A stretch of DNA of 64,000 bases from a virus: positions 26,889 through 90,888 of IMG/VR virus record IMGVR_UViG_3300045922_000167; one strand, 5' to 3'. A program made the translations under genes and the position numbers. Under the pieces are notes generated by a model, which searched no databases, was not told the origin of the DNA, and worked only from the letters and a program-made list of their open reading frames with translations. Shown here one piece after another: positions 27,920 through 37,893 of this stretch. How positions within the stretch are numbered: position 1 is the stretch's first letter; the number at the start of each line of letters is the position of its first letter.

Positions 27920-29011
27920 ATGACCGATGAATCTCTAACAGAACAAAAGTTATTTGACGCTGTTACTGAGCTAGAGATATTTAGTTTCGTAATGGGTGTT
28001 GATGTTGTTGTAGGAAAGGCTTATTCATCTCCTTTACGTATAGACATACACCCATCATTTTATATATTTAATTCTGTACGTGGTAGTAATAAACTTATGT
28101 GGAAAGACCACAGTACAGGTGAGTCTGGTAATGTATTTAAGCTCATTGCGTTACTGCATGGGCTTAAATACCCAGATTCGCTTAGATGGGTTAATAGGGA
28201 GATGGGTATAGGTTTACCTGATGACTACATAGATATTTCCGAAAAAGGGTACGCACGTAACGTTCCTAAACGTATTTTTTCTCCTTCTTCATTACCCACT
28301 GAGTACTCACAGAAAGTTAATTCCGTTAAGGAATTTAAATTCGTATATAGATTCTGGGAAATGTACGACTTTGATTATTGGAGTCAATATTGCATCACAC
28401 CAGAAACTCTTACGTTTTATCACGTCAATGCAGTAGATCAAGTTTGGATGAATGACAAGTTCCTATTTAGAAGTACTAAATACGAACCTGTTTATAATTA
28501 TGTATTCGTAAACGAAGTAGACAATACTTTAAGGTATAAAATCTATAAACCTTTAAGTCATAGATCTAGAAAATGGTTAAGTAATTGTAATGTAGATGTT
28601 TTACCTGGATACATACAATTATTATATTTGCAACAGAATGGATACGTATTCGATTCTAATTCATTTCTAGTTATTACAAAGTCTTTGAAAGATACTATGG
28701 TATTACATGAATTAGGTATACTATCTATATCAGTTAATAGTGAAACTTCTGGTATTCCTAAATATCATTTAGAAAATATTATGAAGCTTGGTATTAATAA
28801 ATTTCTAATATTGTACGATAATGACGAAGCTGGAAGATCAAACGCATTAAAATTATCTCAGCAATATTCTATACCAGCCATAGAAATACCTGAAGAATAT
28901 CAAGTAAAAGACATTTCAGATTTAATTAAATATTATGGAAAGAACACGACAAAAGAATTTACGCAATACTTCAAAGAATACGCAGGTTACCCTAGATTAC
29001 AATTACGATAA
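27920..29011 (+). CDS. DnaG-like primase
   Basis: SPLRIDIHPSF...WKDHSTGESG Zn-ribbon-like N-term; VITKSLKD; TOPRIM YDNDEAG; KDISD. Confidence 0.85.
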   Translation: MTDESLTEQKLFDAVTELEIFSFVMGVDVVVGKAYSSPLRIDIHPSFYIFNSVRGSNKLMWKDHSTGESGNVFKLIALLHGLKYPDSLRWVNREMGIGLPDDYIDISEKGYARNVPKRIFSPSSLPTEYSQKVNSVKEFKFVYRFWEMYDFDYWSQYCITPETLTFYHVNAVDQVWMNDKFLFRSTKYEPVYNYVFVNEVDNTLRYKIYKPLSHRSRKWLSNCNVDVLPGYIQLLYLQQNGYVFDSNSFLVITKSLKDTMVLHELGILSISVNSETSGIPKYHLENIMKLGINKFLILYDNDEAGRSNALKLSQQYSIPAIEIPEEYQVKDISDLIKYYGKNTTKEFTQYFKEYAGYPRLQLR

Positions 29012-29636
29012 AAGTTTATTTCAAATTAGCTATGTATGTAGAAAAATAGACGATAAAAAAACAAGTATATTTTTTATTATTAATAACTTTCCTATGTGGT
29101 TTGTATTAAGTAAAAAACAAAAAGCTAAGTACAAACCAATTGTAGAAGTATTAGAAGACGGTAGTACAAAACTAGAATACAAACTAGCTAATGCTAACAA
29201 AGTAAATAAACCTAAGTATTGTAAGTTTAATATGCAGCAATTGTATTCAGGTAATTTACATTATAGTGTTAGAGCTAAAATAGTAAAAGAACTTCACGAT
29301 TTGCTAATGCCTACACTAAGACAAGCTGCCAAAGAATTTCCTAAGTTTAATTCAGGAAGGTTTCATATTGAATACACTATGAATCAAATTCCTAACGCAG
29401 CTTCCGTAAGATTAAATAACGAAACTTATACGTACAATACACAGGAAAATAAATCTCGTTGGGATTTGTTTAATACAATAACGCCTTGGATTAAAGTATT
29501 TGAAGATTGTTTGGTGGAATCAAATATACTACCAGACGATTCAGTAAAATTCTTAGTTCAAACAACATATAATTATAATTCAATTAACAGATTAGACAAA
29601 CGCTTTTTATCAGTAACTTTAACACATATATCATAA
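28935..29636 (+). CDS. RusA-like Holliday junction resolvase
   Basis: WDLFN...WIKVFEDCL...ILPDDSV matches the RusA D-x-x-N/K-x-x-x-D/DD pattern. Confidence 0.55.
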   Translation: MERTRQKNLRNTSKNTQVTLDYNYDKSLFQISYVCRKIDDKKTSIFFIINNFPMWFVLSKKQKAKYKPIVEVLEDGSTKLEYKLANANKVNKPKYCKFNMQQLYSGNLHYSVRAKIVKELHDLLMPTLRQAAKEFPKFNSGRFHIEYTMNQIPNAASVRLNNETYTYNTQENKSRWDLFNTITPWIKVFEDCLVESNILPDDSVKFLVQTTYNYNSINRLDKRFLSVTLTHIS

Positions 29637-29637
29637 C

Positions 29638-30693
29638 ATGGAACAAAACATAGAAATCTCATTTGATGTTGATGATTTGTACGATGAGCAGTATTTCGCA
29701 CATCCTAACATTTCGTCATCAGATTTAACTATCTTCAGAGAAGGTGGTTTAACTAACTTCATTTACAAGAAGTATTATAAGAAAACTAATTTAGATACCG
29801 AGTCATTAACTTTAGGTTCGTTAGTACATTGTTTAATACTAGAACCTCAAAAGTTTAATGACAGGTATTACATAATTAGTGGACAAAAGCCGATATCGTT
29901 TAATCAAGAAAAGTTCGCAAGTTTAGTAGCAGGCGGTATGGACGTAATTGAAGCCTATACTAACAGCTATTCTGTTAAAGGAAAGTCTGAAACTAAGATT
30001 AAAGAAGAAGCTGATAAGCTGGCTATGGATTTATTAGCTTATATACAATCTTTATCTCAAGCGCAAGGTAAAATAGTAATAAGCCAAGAGCTATCTTCAT
30101 TAGCTATATCTATGTATAACGAAGGGTATTTAAGACATCCTTGGATACAACAAAATGTAATAAATGCTTGTGGTTGTAGAGGAGATGTAGTACATGTAGA
30201 ACGAGCTGTGTTTTGGGATTGTCCTGTTACGTTAGTACCGCTTAAAGCTAAAATTGATAAGTTAATTATTAACGATAGGTCAAGAACAATTACTGTGTTA
30301 GATTTTAAGACTACTAAAAACGCTGGATTTGGATTCTTAGAATCAATTGAGAAATATCATTATGTGCAACAAGCTGCGTTTTATACGAAAGCATTAAAAG
30401 AATCTAACTTATTGAATGAAGATGAAAAAACGTATAGTATGAGTTATTATCTTATTCCAATTCAATCATCAGAACCAATTCATGCTAATGTTGTACAAAT
30501 ACATAATGATAGTATTCAATATGAAATTGCAAAAATAAACAACACATTAACTCAGTTACAGTCAAAAGGAAATATTCGTATATTTATTAACGAAATATTA
30601 AATAATCCAGAAGATAAACCTGAGTTTAGTACTCTACCTCTTATAGGTTCTGATAATGATGTAAAGGTTTATAATTATGGAGAATATATTTAA
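29638..30693 (+). CDS. PD-(D/E)XK exonuclease (RecE/ExoVIII-like)
   Basis: ISSSDL, GSLVHCLILEP, KAKIDKL...LDFKTT, YVQQAAFY. Confidence 0.85.
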   Translation: MEQNIEISFDVDDLYDEQYFAHPNISSSDLTIFREGGLTNFIYKKYYKKTNLDTESLTLGSLVHCLILEPQKFNDRYYIISGQKPISFNQEKFASLVAGGMDVIEAYTNSYSVKGKSETKIKEEADKLAMDLLAYIQSLSQAQGKIVISQELSSLAISMYNEGYLRHPWIQQNVINACGCRGDVVHVERAVFWDCPVTLVPLKAKIDKLIINDRSRTITVLDFKTTKNAGFGFLESIEKYHYVQQAAFYTKALKESNLLNEDEKTYSMSYYLIPIQSSEPIHANVVQIHNDSIQYEIAKINNTLTQLQSKGNIRIFINEILNNPEDKPEFSTLPLIGSDNDVKVYNYGEYI

Positions 30694-31108
30694 GCTTTAT
30701 GATGAGTTCTTTGCACAGTTCAAACCTTATTTAAATGGCGATGTTTGTTTACTTTTTCCTTACAGATTTATATTAGTTACGTACGAAAAAGAAAATATTA
30801 CGCATAAAGCATCTGTATTATTAGGTTATTTTGATGCCAAAGCTGATAATATTTGCAGACTTCAAGTAATATCTCAAGTAGAGTATACAGATGATAGGGA
30901 ATTAGATATACAAGCAGTTGCTTACATCTTATTAACCCTTCTACGTAAAACTGTTTTCGTAGAAGGGTTTAAATTTTTCGCTAAAATGAACTTGCAATTC
31001 GGTGGAGACGAAGATGACTACCTATATAATCTTTGTTTCTCTATACCAGCCACTGAGTTAGAGCGTTATACGCTATTTTACAGTTACACATTTCAACCTG
31101 AAGGTTAA
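30677..31108 (+). CDS. hypothetical protein
   Basis: 143-aa ORF in the operon. Confidence 0.6.
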   Translation: MENIFKLYDEFFAQFKPYLNGDVCLLFPYRFILVTYEKENITHKASVLLGYFDAKADNICRLQVISQVEYTDDRELDIQAVAYILLTLLRKTVFVEGFKFFAKMNLQFGGDEDDYLYNLCFSIPATELERYTLFYSYTFQPEG

Positions 31109-31402
31109 ATGGAAAATTACATTATACTAATTACAAGTAATACAACTGGAAAAGATAATGAATGGAATACACAATACCATAAACTACCATTCAGTTGTAT
31201 TGAGGAAGCATATAAAGAAGCTGAACGTTTGTGCAAAGAATTAAACAATACGTCAAATTACGAAAGACTTATTGTAGATTGTTTTGTGACAAGCGAAAAG
31301 GCTTTAGAACATACTTTTAAGTGTAACAAGTTTGGTGAGTACTACTATACAGTAATCTTACCAGCAACCCTTAGACATATGAACCGATTAAAACCTATTT
31401 AA
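31109..31402 (+). CDS. hypothetical protein
   Basis: 97-aa ORF abutting the upstream stop. Confidence 0.6.
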   Translation: MENYIILITSNTTGKDNEWNTQYHKLPFSCIEEAYKEAERLCKELNNTSNYERLIVDCFVTSEKALEHTFKCNKFGEYYYTVILPATLRHMNRLKPI

Positions 31403-31406
31403 AACT

Positions 31407-31994
31407 ATGTATATAATGCAAAGAACTTTAAAAGACTTCAAGAAGCCAACGGCTTCTGATGATCATCCAAATTACGTAGAAGACTACGATTGGACAGCAT
31501 TTGCTACTTCTCCGTTAGTGGAATGGACGCCTGAATTAGTAGAGAGCTATGTAGATATAGCTCCATACTGGTTTTATGGATTATTAGAACTGTTCTTTTA
31601 TACAAAATCTAATAATAAAGATTTAATAGCAGCTGCAAAAAAATGTAAAATAATTAAAAATAAAAGAGTTAATTACTTAAGTTATTTAATTAACGAAGTA
31701 ATAAAAGAAGTTAAAGAAAACTATAAACCTAATCAAGAAGATGAAGAAACTTATCTTAATGATTTAATACATGACGTAGTAGACAGAAACATGCCTATAT
31801 ACTTTGAAACTACTTTAAGTTGTGTACAAAACTTAGACATACAGTATTTACGAGATACTGAATTACATGGTAATGGTAAGTCTCTTATTGATATGATAAA
31901 CGCATGTATTTCAGAGCAGATAGTTAATGAAACTCAAGACGCAATTGAGTCGTGGAAGAAAAATTCAAAATTTAATATAAGCAATCTTTCATAA
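31407..31994 (+). CDS. protein with C-terminal Ocr-like (T7 gp0.3) DNA-mimic domain
   Basis: VKEN...LNDLIHDVVDRNMPIY...DTEL...KSLIDMINACISEQI aligns by eye with Ocr LKEN...LHDAIHMAADNAVPHY...DSGL...KDVIRILQARIYEQL. Confidence 0.6.
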   Translation: MYIMQRTLKDFKKPTASDDHPNYVEDYDWTAFATSPLVEWTPELVESYVDIAPYWFYGLLELFFYTKSNNKDLIAAAKKCKIIKNKRVNYLSYLINEVIKEVKENYKPNQEDEETYLNDLIHDVVDRNMPIYFETTLSCVQNLDIQYLRDTELHGNGKSLIDMINACISEQIVNETQDAIESWKKNSKFNISNLS

Positions 31995-32004
31995 TTTAAA
32001 AGCT

Positions 32005-32769
32005 ATGGGTACTTCAAATAAATTTACAGAAGTTCAAGTTAATGAGCTTAAAAAAAGACACGAATATTTTAAAAAAAAATATTCGATGAAAGGTGATAAA
32101 ATAGAACGTCTTAGATTATTCGCAGAAGATGAAGAAGTATGTTTTGTATATTTTATTGATGATTTTTGTACAAAATATGTAGTAAAAAAAGCTAAAATTA
32201 GTAAGGTAGAAGAAGCTACATATGGAATATCTAGCACTTATTATAGTTACACCGTAGATTTAGGTTCAAATTTTCATTTTACTTTTGTTGATTATAATTC
32301 TGATATTTATTACTTAGTAGGTAAAAATGAAGATATTATTGCAAGATATCTTACTAAGTATTTAAAACCTTATAACTTAGCTGTTTATTATGAATCTGAT
32401 AACGAAGAAAACAAAGTTTTCGTTATATCAGAAATTGTTGAAGAAAAATTAATAAAACAAAATAATAAAAAACTAATAGGAGTAAAAGATGATGAAAGCA
32501 AGCTAAAGTACACACTAATTCCACACGAAGTAGTTACAGCTTTAGCTAAAGTATTTCATTACGGAGCTACTAAATATCAACCAGATAACTGGAAGCACAT
32601 AGAAGATAAACATAGAATATTAGATGCTCTTTGGAGACATTTAATAGCCTATCTATCAGGTGAGGAAATTGATCAAGAGTCTGGCTTACCACACATAGAT
32701 CATTTACTTACAAATGCTGCGATGTTATCGTATTTTCACACTAATAACAAGAAAGAACAACATGATTGA
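32005..32769 (+). CDS. dATP/dGTP diphosphohydrolase-domain (DUF5664) fusion protein
   Basis: GVKDDESKLKYTLIP...YGATKY..DNW...LWRHL...DQESGLPHIDH. Confidence 0.8.
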   Translation: MGTSNKFTEVQVNELKKRHEYFKKKYSMKGDKIERLRLFAEDEEVCFVYFIDDFCTKYVVKKAKISKVEEATYGISSTYYSYTVDLGSNFHFTFVDYNSDIYYLVGKNEDIIARYLTKYLKPYNLAVYYESDNEENKVFVISEIVEEKLIKQNNKKLIGVKDDESKLKYTLIPHEVVTALAKVFHYGATKYQPDNWKHIEDKHRILDALWRHLIAYLSGEEIDQESGLPHIDHLLTNAAMLSYFHTNNKKEQHD

Positions 32770-34264
32770 TTACTCAGAATATCACGAAGAAGACGTATTT
32801 GATTACGTTGAAGAAGAAAACGTAGAGTCAGCTAATAAAGCTGAATACGCAAAAGATCCTTACTACATATTAGAATGTAGAAGAGAAGATATTATCTATA
32901 CAGATGATCAACAAAATACATTAATAGACATAGCTAAACATATTAAAAAGTTTAGCGAAGAATATGAAGAAATTGATGATTTACCAAATAAGTATTTACT
33001 TGTAGAAGGTTTCGCTGGTACAGGTAAAACTACAATAATTGAGAACATCATCAATTATATTAATTATTTGATGGATTTTAGTCCAGTGGTACTAACACCT
33101 ACCAACAAGGCTGGAGTCGTTTTACAAGAGAAATTAAGAGGAATTGAGGGTACTTATGAACTAAGTACCCTTCATTCCAAAATCTATGGGGGTCCTACGG
33201 TAGATAATAAATGGATACCTAAACAAGAGATAATTAAGAACGAGGTTATCTTAATTGACGAATGTTCGATGGTAGATACTCAAGTACTTAACGACCTTTT
33301 AAGTTTGGCTACAAGTAATTGCTTGATTATTATGTTCGGTGATAGCTTCCAGCTAGAACCAGTAGGCGAGAATCCTAATTTATTTACACGTCAAGACTTT
33401 TGGGCTGCTCATTACAAACTAACTCAAGTACGTAGGCAATCGGTAAGTGAGCTACTTAACGTATGTACAGATGTTAGATTAAATAATTCAATGACTGTAA
33501 AGTCTGAATTTTTAGATAATACAATAAGCTATATAGAAAGAATTGATACTTTTACTGAAGCCTACATACAAGCATTGCAGCTAAACGCTGATGCTATGTA
33601 TTTACTATTCAATAATCAAAGTAGGGTAATGTTAAATAACTACGTTAGAGAAAGATTAGGATATACCTCATATGTAGAAGATGGAGAAAAGCTCATATCC
33701 ATAGCAAACAGTTCTTCCTACGGAGACTTTATAGCGAACGGTGAGATAGTAAGAACTTCATATGTAGAAGTAGAAAATATGGAAGTGTTGTCTAAAGCCT
33801 TAGCTGAGATTAAAGTATTTACTCTCAGTGGTCTAGAAGAAAACAAAAAAACTACTGCGGTATTTAGGTTCTTAGCAATTAAAGGTACTGTACATTTATG
33901 TCTAATATTTCCTGATTTAGAGTTATCTTCGTTGCCTCATCAAGTACTTAATAGATGGATTAAAGATAATCCAGACGATGAATTCACTAAGTATTTAATT
34001 AGTATTCGTGCAGTAGCTAACAGTAAGTATGGATTATTTTTAATAAAGGAAGTAGTTATATTAACGTATACTTACGCTATTACTGTACATAAAGCACAAG
34101 GTAGTCAATTTGAATTTGTATGGATTAATACGAATGAAGTACCTAAATCTCCTTATCGTTGGTTTTATACTGCTCTTACAAGAGCTACTAAGAAAGTTTA
34201 CTTACATGGAAATAATATTAAAGTAATTAGAGATAACTTATTTACAAATGAATTACAACGTTGA
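32762..34264 (+). CDS. Dda/RecD-like SF1B helicase
   Basis: GFAGTGKT, PTNKA, IDECSMV, GDSFQLEPV, LTQVRRQ, YAITVHKAQGSQF, YTALTRA. Confidence 0.9.
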   Translation: MIDYSEYHEEDVFDYVEEENVESANKAEYAKDPYYILECRREDIIYTDDQQNTLIDIAKHIKKFSEEYEEIDDLPNKYLLVEGFAGTGKTTIIENIINYINYLMDFSPVVLTPTNKAGVVLQEKLRGIEGTYELSTLHSKIYGGPTVDNKWIPKQEIIKNEVILIDECSMVDTQVLNDLLSLATSNCLIIMFGDSFQLEPVGENPNLFTRQDFWAAHYKLTQVRRQSVSELLNVCTDVRLNNSMTVKSEFLDNTISYIERIDTFTEAYIQALQLNADAMYLLFNNQSRVMLNNYVRERLGYTSYVEDGEKLISIANSSSYGDFIANGEIVRTSYVEVENMEVLSKALAEIKVFTLSGLEENKKTTAVFRFLAIKGTVHLCLIFPDLELSSLPHQVLNRWIKDNPDDEFTKYLISIRAVANSKYGLFLIKEVVILTYTYAITVHKAQGSQFEFVWINTNEVPKSPYRWFYTALTRATKKVYLHGNNIKVIRDNLFTNELQR

Positions 34265-35102
34265 ATTACTTAAAGCTACGTTACCTGCTTCGCAAGAAGC
34301 AGGTAACGCTTATAATATTCTAATTTCAATGAAGCTAACGTATCCGTTATGTATTCATTCAGAGTTTATGACGTATCGTAGGTTTGCACGTAATAGCGCT
34401 AGCTTACGTGCTATACCTACAAAAAAATTAATAGATATGGTACGTCAATATCCTTTTATACCTAAGTTTACTAAGAATCAAAAAGGAATGGAATCTAACG
34501 CATTACTCAGTGAGCAATTGGAAGCAGAAAATATTTGGCTAAAAGGACGTGACGAAGCTATTAAAACAGCTGAGAAATTAGATGCGTTAGGTGTAGCTAA
34601 ACAAGATGTAAATAGAGTATTAGCTCCTTACTTGTGGAATACTATAATAGCTACTGCTCCGTTCTTTGATTGGCTTCATTTACTTAACCAACGTCTAAAA
34701 CCTGATGCAGATCCTAAGTTCCAAGAATTGGCGTTACATATTAAAGATGCCTTAAGGTCATTTACGTTAGAACGAAGTAACTTTCATTATCCTTTTGGTA
34801 GGTTTGGTAATAAAGTACACGATACTATCGTACGTAACGTAGCTGCTTGCGCTAGGATTAGTTATCTAAGTAGAGGTGAGTTTACGTTAGAACAAGACCA
34901 AGAACTTTATGATCGTTTGTTATCTAATGGTCATTGGTCTCCGTTTGATCACATAGCGGAATTTAACGAATCAGAATCTAACGATAGTATTTGGAAATAC
35001 TGGATACCATATCGTAATAGACTACCTCAATGGGAATCATATAAAACAATTGGTATATACATAGAATCAATCGATCACAATATAAACATATCCATGCTAT
35101 GA
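34248..35102 (+). CDS. thyX: FAD-dependent thymidylate synthase
   Basis: HSEFMTYRRFARNSASLRAIP, KQDVNRVLAP, ACARISY, GHWSPFDH. Confidence 0.8.
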   Translation: MNYNVELLKATLPASQEAGNAYNILISMKLTYPLCIHSEFMTYRRFARNSASLRAIPTKKLIDMVRQYPFIPKFTKNQKGMESNALLSEQLEAENIWLKGRDEAIKTAEKLDALGVAKQDVNRVLAPYLWNTIIATAPFFDWLHLLNQRLKPDADPKFQELALHIKDALRSFTLERSNFHYPFGRFGNKVHDTIVRNVAACARISYLSRGEFTLEQDQELYDRLLSNGHWSPFDHIAEFNESESNDSIWKYWIPYRNRLPQWESYKTIGIYIESIDHNINISML

Positions 35103-35536
35103 TAGAATACATAAACAACGTACAAACCGATAACTCACAAGAAGATGAGTTACGTGTACAAAAAATGCTAAAAGCTAAAAAACCTAAAAAAATACCTAAA
35201 AAATACGATCCTATCTATATTAAGTACATCATTCAGTATTTCGGTGGATGGCAAAGACGTACAACAGGTAGATATAATACTATTATTAGAAGTTTTTTAA
35301 GTTTATATTACAAACATTGTGGGTACAATAATACGGATATAGCGTATGAATTAATGTGTGATGTTACTACTGTACGTGATAGATTAAAAACAATACATAC
35401 GGATTATCATGTTAACAAAATAAAAGATATTGTTAACTTTTTAGATTTACACCCAGAACTAAAAGAGACGTTAGATTGTTATGTAGATGAATTAAAAAGA
35501 AAACAAGAAAAAAGATTAAAAAAGAACGAAAGTTAA
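35099..35536 (+). CDS. putative helix-turn-helix DNA-binding protein
   Basis: GYNNTDIAYELMCDVTTVRDRL HTH-like segment. Confidence 0.5.
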   Translation: MIEYINNVQTDNSQEDELRVQKMLKAKKPKKIPKKYDPIYIKYIIQYFGGWQRRTTGRYNTIIRSFLSLYYKHCGYNNTDIAYELMCDVTTVRDRLKTIHTDYHVNKIKDIVNFLDLHPELKETLDCYVDELKRKQEKRLKKNES

Positions 35537-35546
35537 GGTTAAAAGT

Positions 35547-35582
35547 AAAGGCTATTAGGGTAACACCTAATAGCCTTTTTTT
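35547..35582. terminator. bidirectional terminator between convergent modules
   Basis: AAAGGCTATTAGG-loop-CCTAATAGCCTTT. Confidence 0.8.
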
Positions 35583-35621
35583 AGTTAACACACTCTCACT
35601 GAGTGTTAATATTAACATAGG

Positions 35622-36119
35622 TTAGTTTGCTTCTACTTTGTAAAAAAATTTATGATATAAAATATCTTTAGGGTTTACTTTCCACCAGTTAGGAATATTG
35701 TACAATAAAGCTACGTATTCAGAACAAAATAGTTTACGTTGATCATTTCTACTTCTTGTAGGTTCTATCCATTTACCAGTTAGTAAGTAAATAGGATAAT
35801 ATACAAATAAGCTAAGAAAATCGTATTTACTTCCTAAATAAAAGTTAGCTTTAATAGCAAAGTCTCTTTCAATAATTGGATGTATACAGCGTAACACTAC
35901 GTATTCTTTGTTTTTTAATCTTTCTTCAACAGGTACAGCTATTATTCCTTTTTCATCAGCCTCATTTAAAAATAGTCTACCCCAGTTACTTACTATCACA
36001 CCTACGTGATTATATCTTGTGTTTAAAAATAGTCTAATAAATACTGGTATCCAAGTAAGTGGTTTCGTAATCTTAAATTTGGTATGAAACAAGATTACAT
36101 CACCTGTTTTAAGTTCCAT
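35622..36119 (-). CDS. permuted papain-like (YaeF/YiiX, NlpC/P60) enzyme
   Basis: GDVILF...YNHVGV...LGSKYDF...FCSEYV (His before Cys). Confidence 0.8.
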   Translation of the reverse strand: MELKTGDVILFHTKFKITKPLTWIPVFIRLFLNTRYNHVGVIVSNWGRLFLNEADEKGIIAVPVEERLKNKEYVVLRCIHPIIERDFAIKANFYLGSKYDFLSLFVYYPIYLLTGKWIEPTRSRNDQRKLFCSEYVALLYNIPNWWKVNPKDILYHKFFYKVEAN

Positions 36120-36120
36120 A

Positions 36121-37881
36121 TTATCTATATCTAGTTGCGTCAGGTTGGCTAATATATCTTTGTTGCATCATCTTGTCTTTTAAGAATCGCTGTGCTTGTG
36201 AAGAGTTTGCTGCTGTTGGTGGTAACGCACCCATTTGTCTCATTCTGTATCTATCCATAGCAGCTTTTTCAGCTTGCATTTTATTCCATTGTGCTTGTCT
36301 TGCTTTAGCACCAGTAACCGTAGCATCACCCGCAGTAATAGGACTAGTTGCCATTAACACACCTCCAGTAACTGGATTAAATCTAGTAGCTGTTCGTAAA
36401 CCAGCTGATACGCCTCCTTTAAGTGTAGAACCTACGGTTCTTGCCGTTCTTAACGCATTACTTGTAGCTCCAGGAAATCTACTAGATACATCACCATACA
36501 TATCTATTATATCTACAAAATCAGCAATAGCTTGACTTATTCTATCATAGTTAATTGATCCAGGCGATTCACTCTCTTCGTTATTATTACTTCCAGCTGC
36601 ATACGCACCAGCTGCGCCACCAAGTAACATTAGTCCAGCTAATCCACCTATTTTTATTGACTTATTGTTAATAAGGTTTTCATGTTTTTTTATAACTTCT
36701 TTATATTTTGAAAAATCAGTTTCGTTGGCTCTTGGGGCTGCGTCTGCTAATTCGTCTATTATTTTATCTGCTATGCTTTGGTTTTTACTATTTTTAATTA
36801 TTTCATTGCGAAGTTTTATTTTAAAGTCTTTTAAATCGTAATCATTTAAACTTTCTATAGGATTTGAATTATAAAGTACTTTAACTGACTTAGGATTATT
36901 AGTTTGAGTATTTATATTAGCATTAAGAGTAGGTGTAGGCGTTGATGTAGGTGTAGGCTTAGTTACATTAGTATTAGGGGTAGTAGCAGACGTAGTAGTA
37001 GGAGTAACATTAGGAGTAGCTGCAGAAGCAACATTATTAGGTAAGTTAGTAGCATTAGGTGTATTAGCAACTGGTGTAGGCGTAGGTGTCGGTGTAGTAG
37101 AAGTAGTTACAGTAGGTTTAGAAGAAGTACTTTGCGAAATAGACGGATTGGTACTTTTTCCAGATATTTTTCTAACTAATGGAGGTAAAACATATTTGCT
37201 AAAACCCCATCCAGCTCCAATAGTCCCTCCAACTATTCCAGCTTGCGCTAAAATAGATAACCAATCATTATTATCTTCTTCACTTTTATTAGTAATTTTT
37301 GGTAAAGTGTTAACTTTATCATTAGTTTGTTTATTTACAACATTTAAAGTATCAGATTTATTAACTTTTTCCGCAGTATTAGAAACTTCGGTTGTTGTAG
37401 GTTGATAATTAGCTATAACAGAAGGAGACTGGACGTTGTTAAATTGTGCATTAGGATTTATAGAACGATAGGCAGCTAAATCTCTTTCAAAAGAATTAGG
37501 ACCATAAAACTGATCGTAAAATCTTTTGTTAAATTCTAAATAACGCTCACCTTGTTCTAATATAGCGTTTAGCCTATCTATTCTAGTTTTATTACCGTAT
37601 CTACCAACTCTTGCTTCATTTAAGTAATCTGGCATTGTAGGTGGTGTACTCACACTAGCTGCACCATCTCCTGAACCACCAGCAAAAATATTATAAGACT
37701 GTTTTGAAGTTACTTCTTCCCCTGGCTCTCCAAATAAAGCAGACAAAGCTTCTAATTCAGCTCTCTGACGTTCCATTTCATTTTGTCTTTCTTGCATTTT
37801 TTGATATAAAGGAAGACCTCCAGGATTATAATACTGAATAGGATTATATCTTCTGCTATCTTTATTACCGTTAATTATCAT
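36121..37881 (-). CDS. virion cargo/ejection-like protein
   Basis: YNPGG N-term motif, Thr/Pro linker, several Gly-rich hydrophobic helices. Confidence 0.5.
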   Translation of the reverse strand: MIINGNKDSRRYNPIQYYNPGGLPLYQKMQERQNEMERQRAELEALSALFGEPGEEVTSKQSYNIFAGGSGDGAASVSTPPTMPDYLNEARVGRYGNKTRIDRLNAILEQGERYLEFNKRFYDQFYGPNSFERDLAAYRSINPNAQFNNVQSPSVIANYQPTTTEVSNTAEKVNKSDTLNVVNKQTNDKVNTLPKITNKSEEDNNDWLSILAQAGIVGGTIGAGWGFSKYVLPPLVRKISGKSTNPSISQSTSSKPTVTTSTTPTPTPTPVANTPNATNLPNNVASAATPNVTPTTTSATTPNTNVTKPTPTSTPTPTLNANINTQTNNPKSVKVLYNSNPIESLNDYDLKDFKIKLRNEIIKNSKNQSIADKIIDELADAAPRANETDFSKYKEVIKKHENLINNKSIKIGGLAGLMLLGGAAGAYAAGSNNNEESESPGSINYDRISQAIADFVDIIDMYGDVSSRFPGATSNALRTARTVGSTLKGGVSAGLRTATRFNPVTGGVLMATSPITAGDATVTGAKARQAQWNKMQAEKAAMDRYRMRQMGALPPTAANSSQAQRFLKDKMMQQRYISQPDATRYR

Positions 37882-37893
37882 AGTAATTAAATT

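Noticed and set aside
32005-32769. Z-genome (2-aminoadenine) pathway
   Set aside because: DUF5664 alone is widespread; no PurZ or DatZ is recognisable in the window
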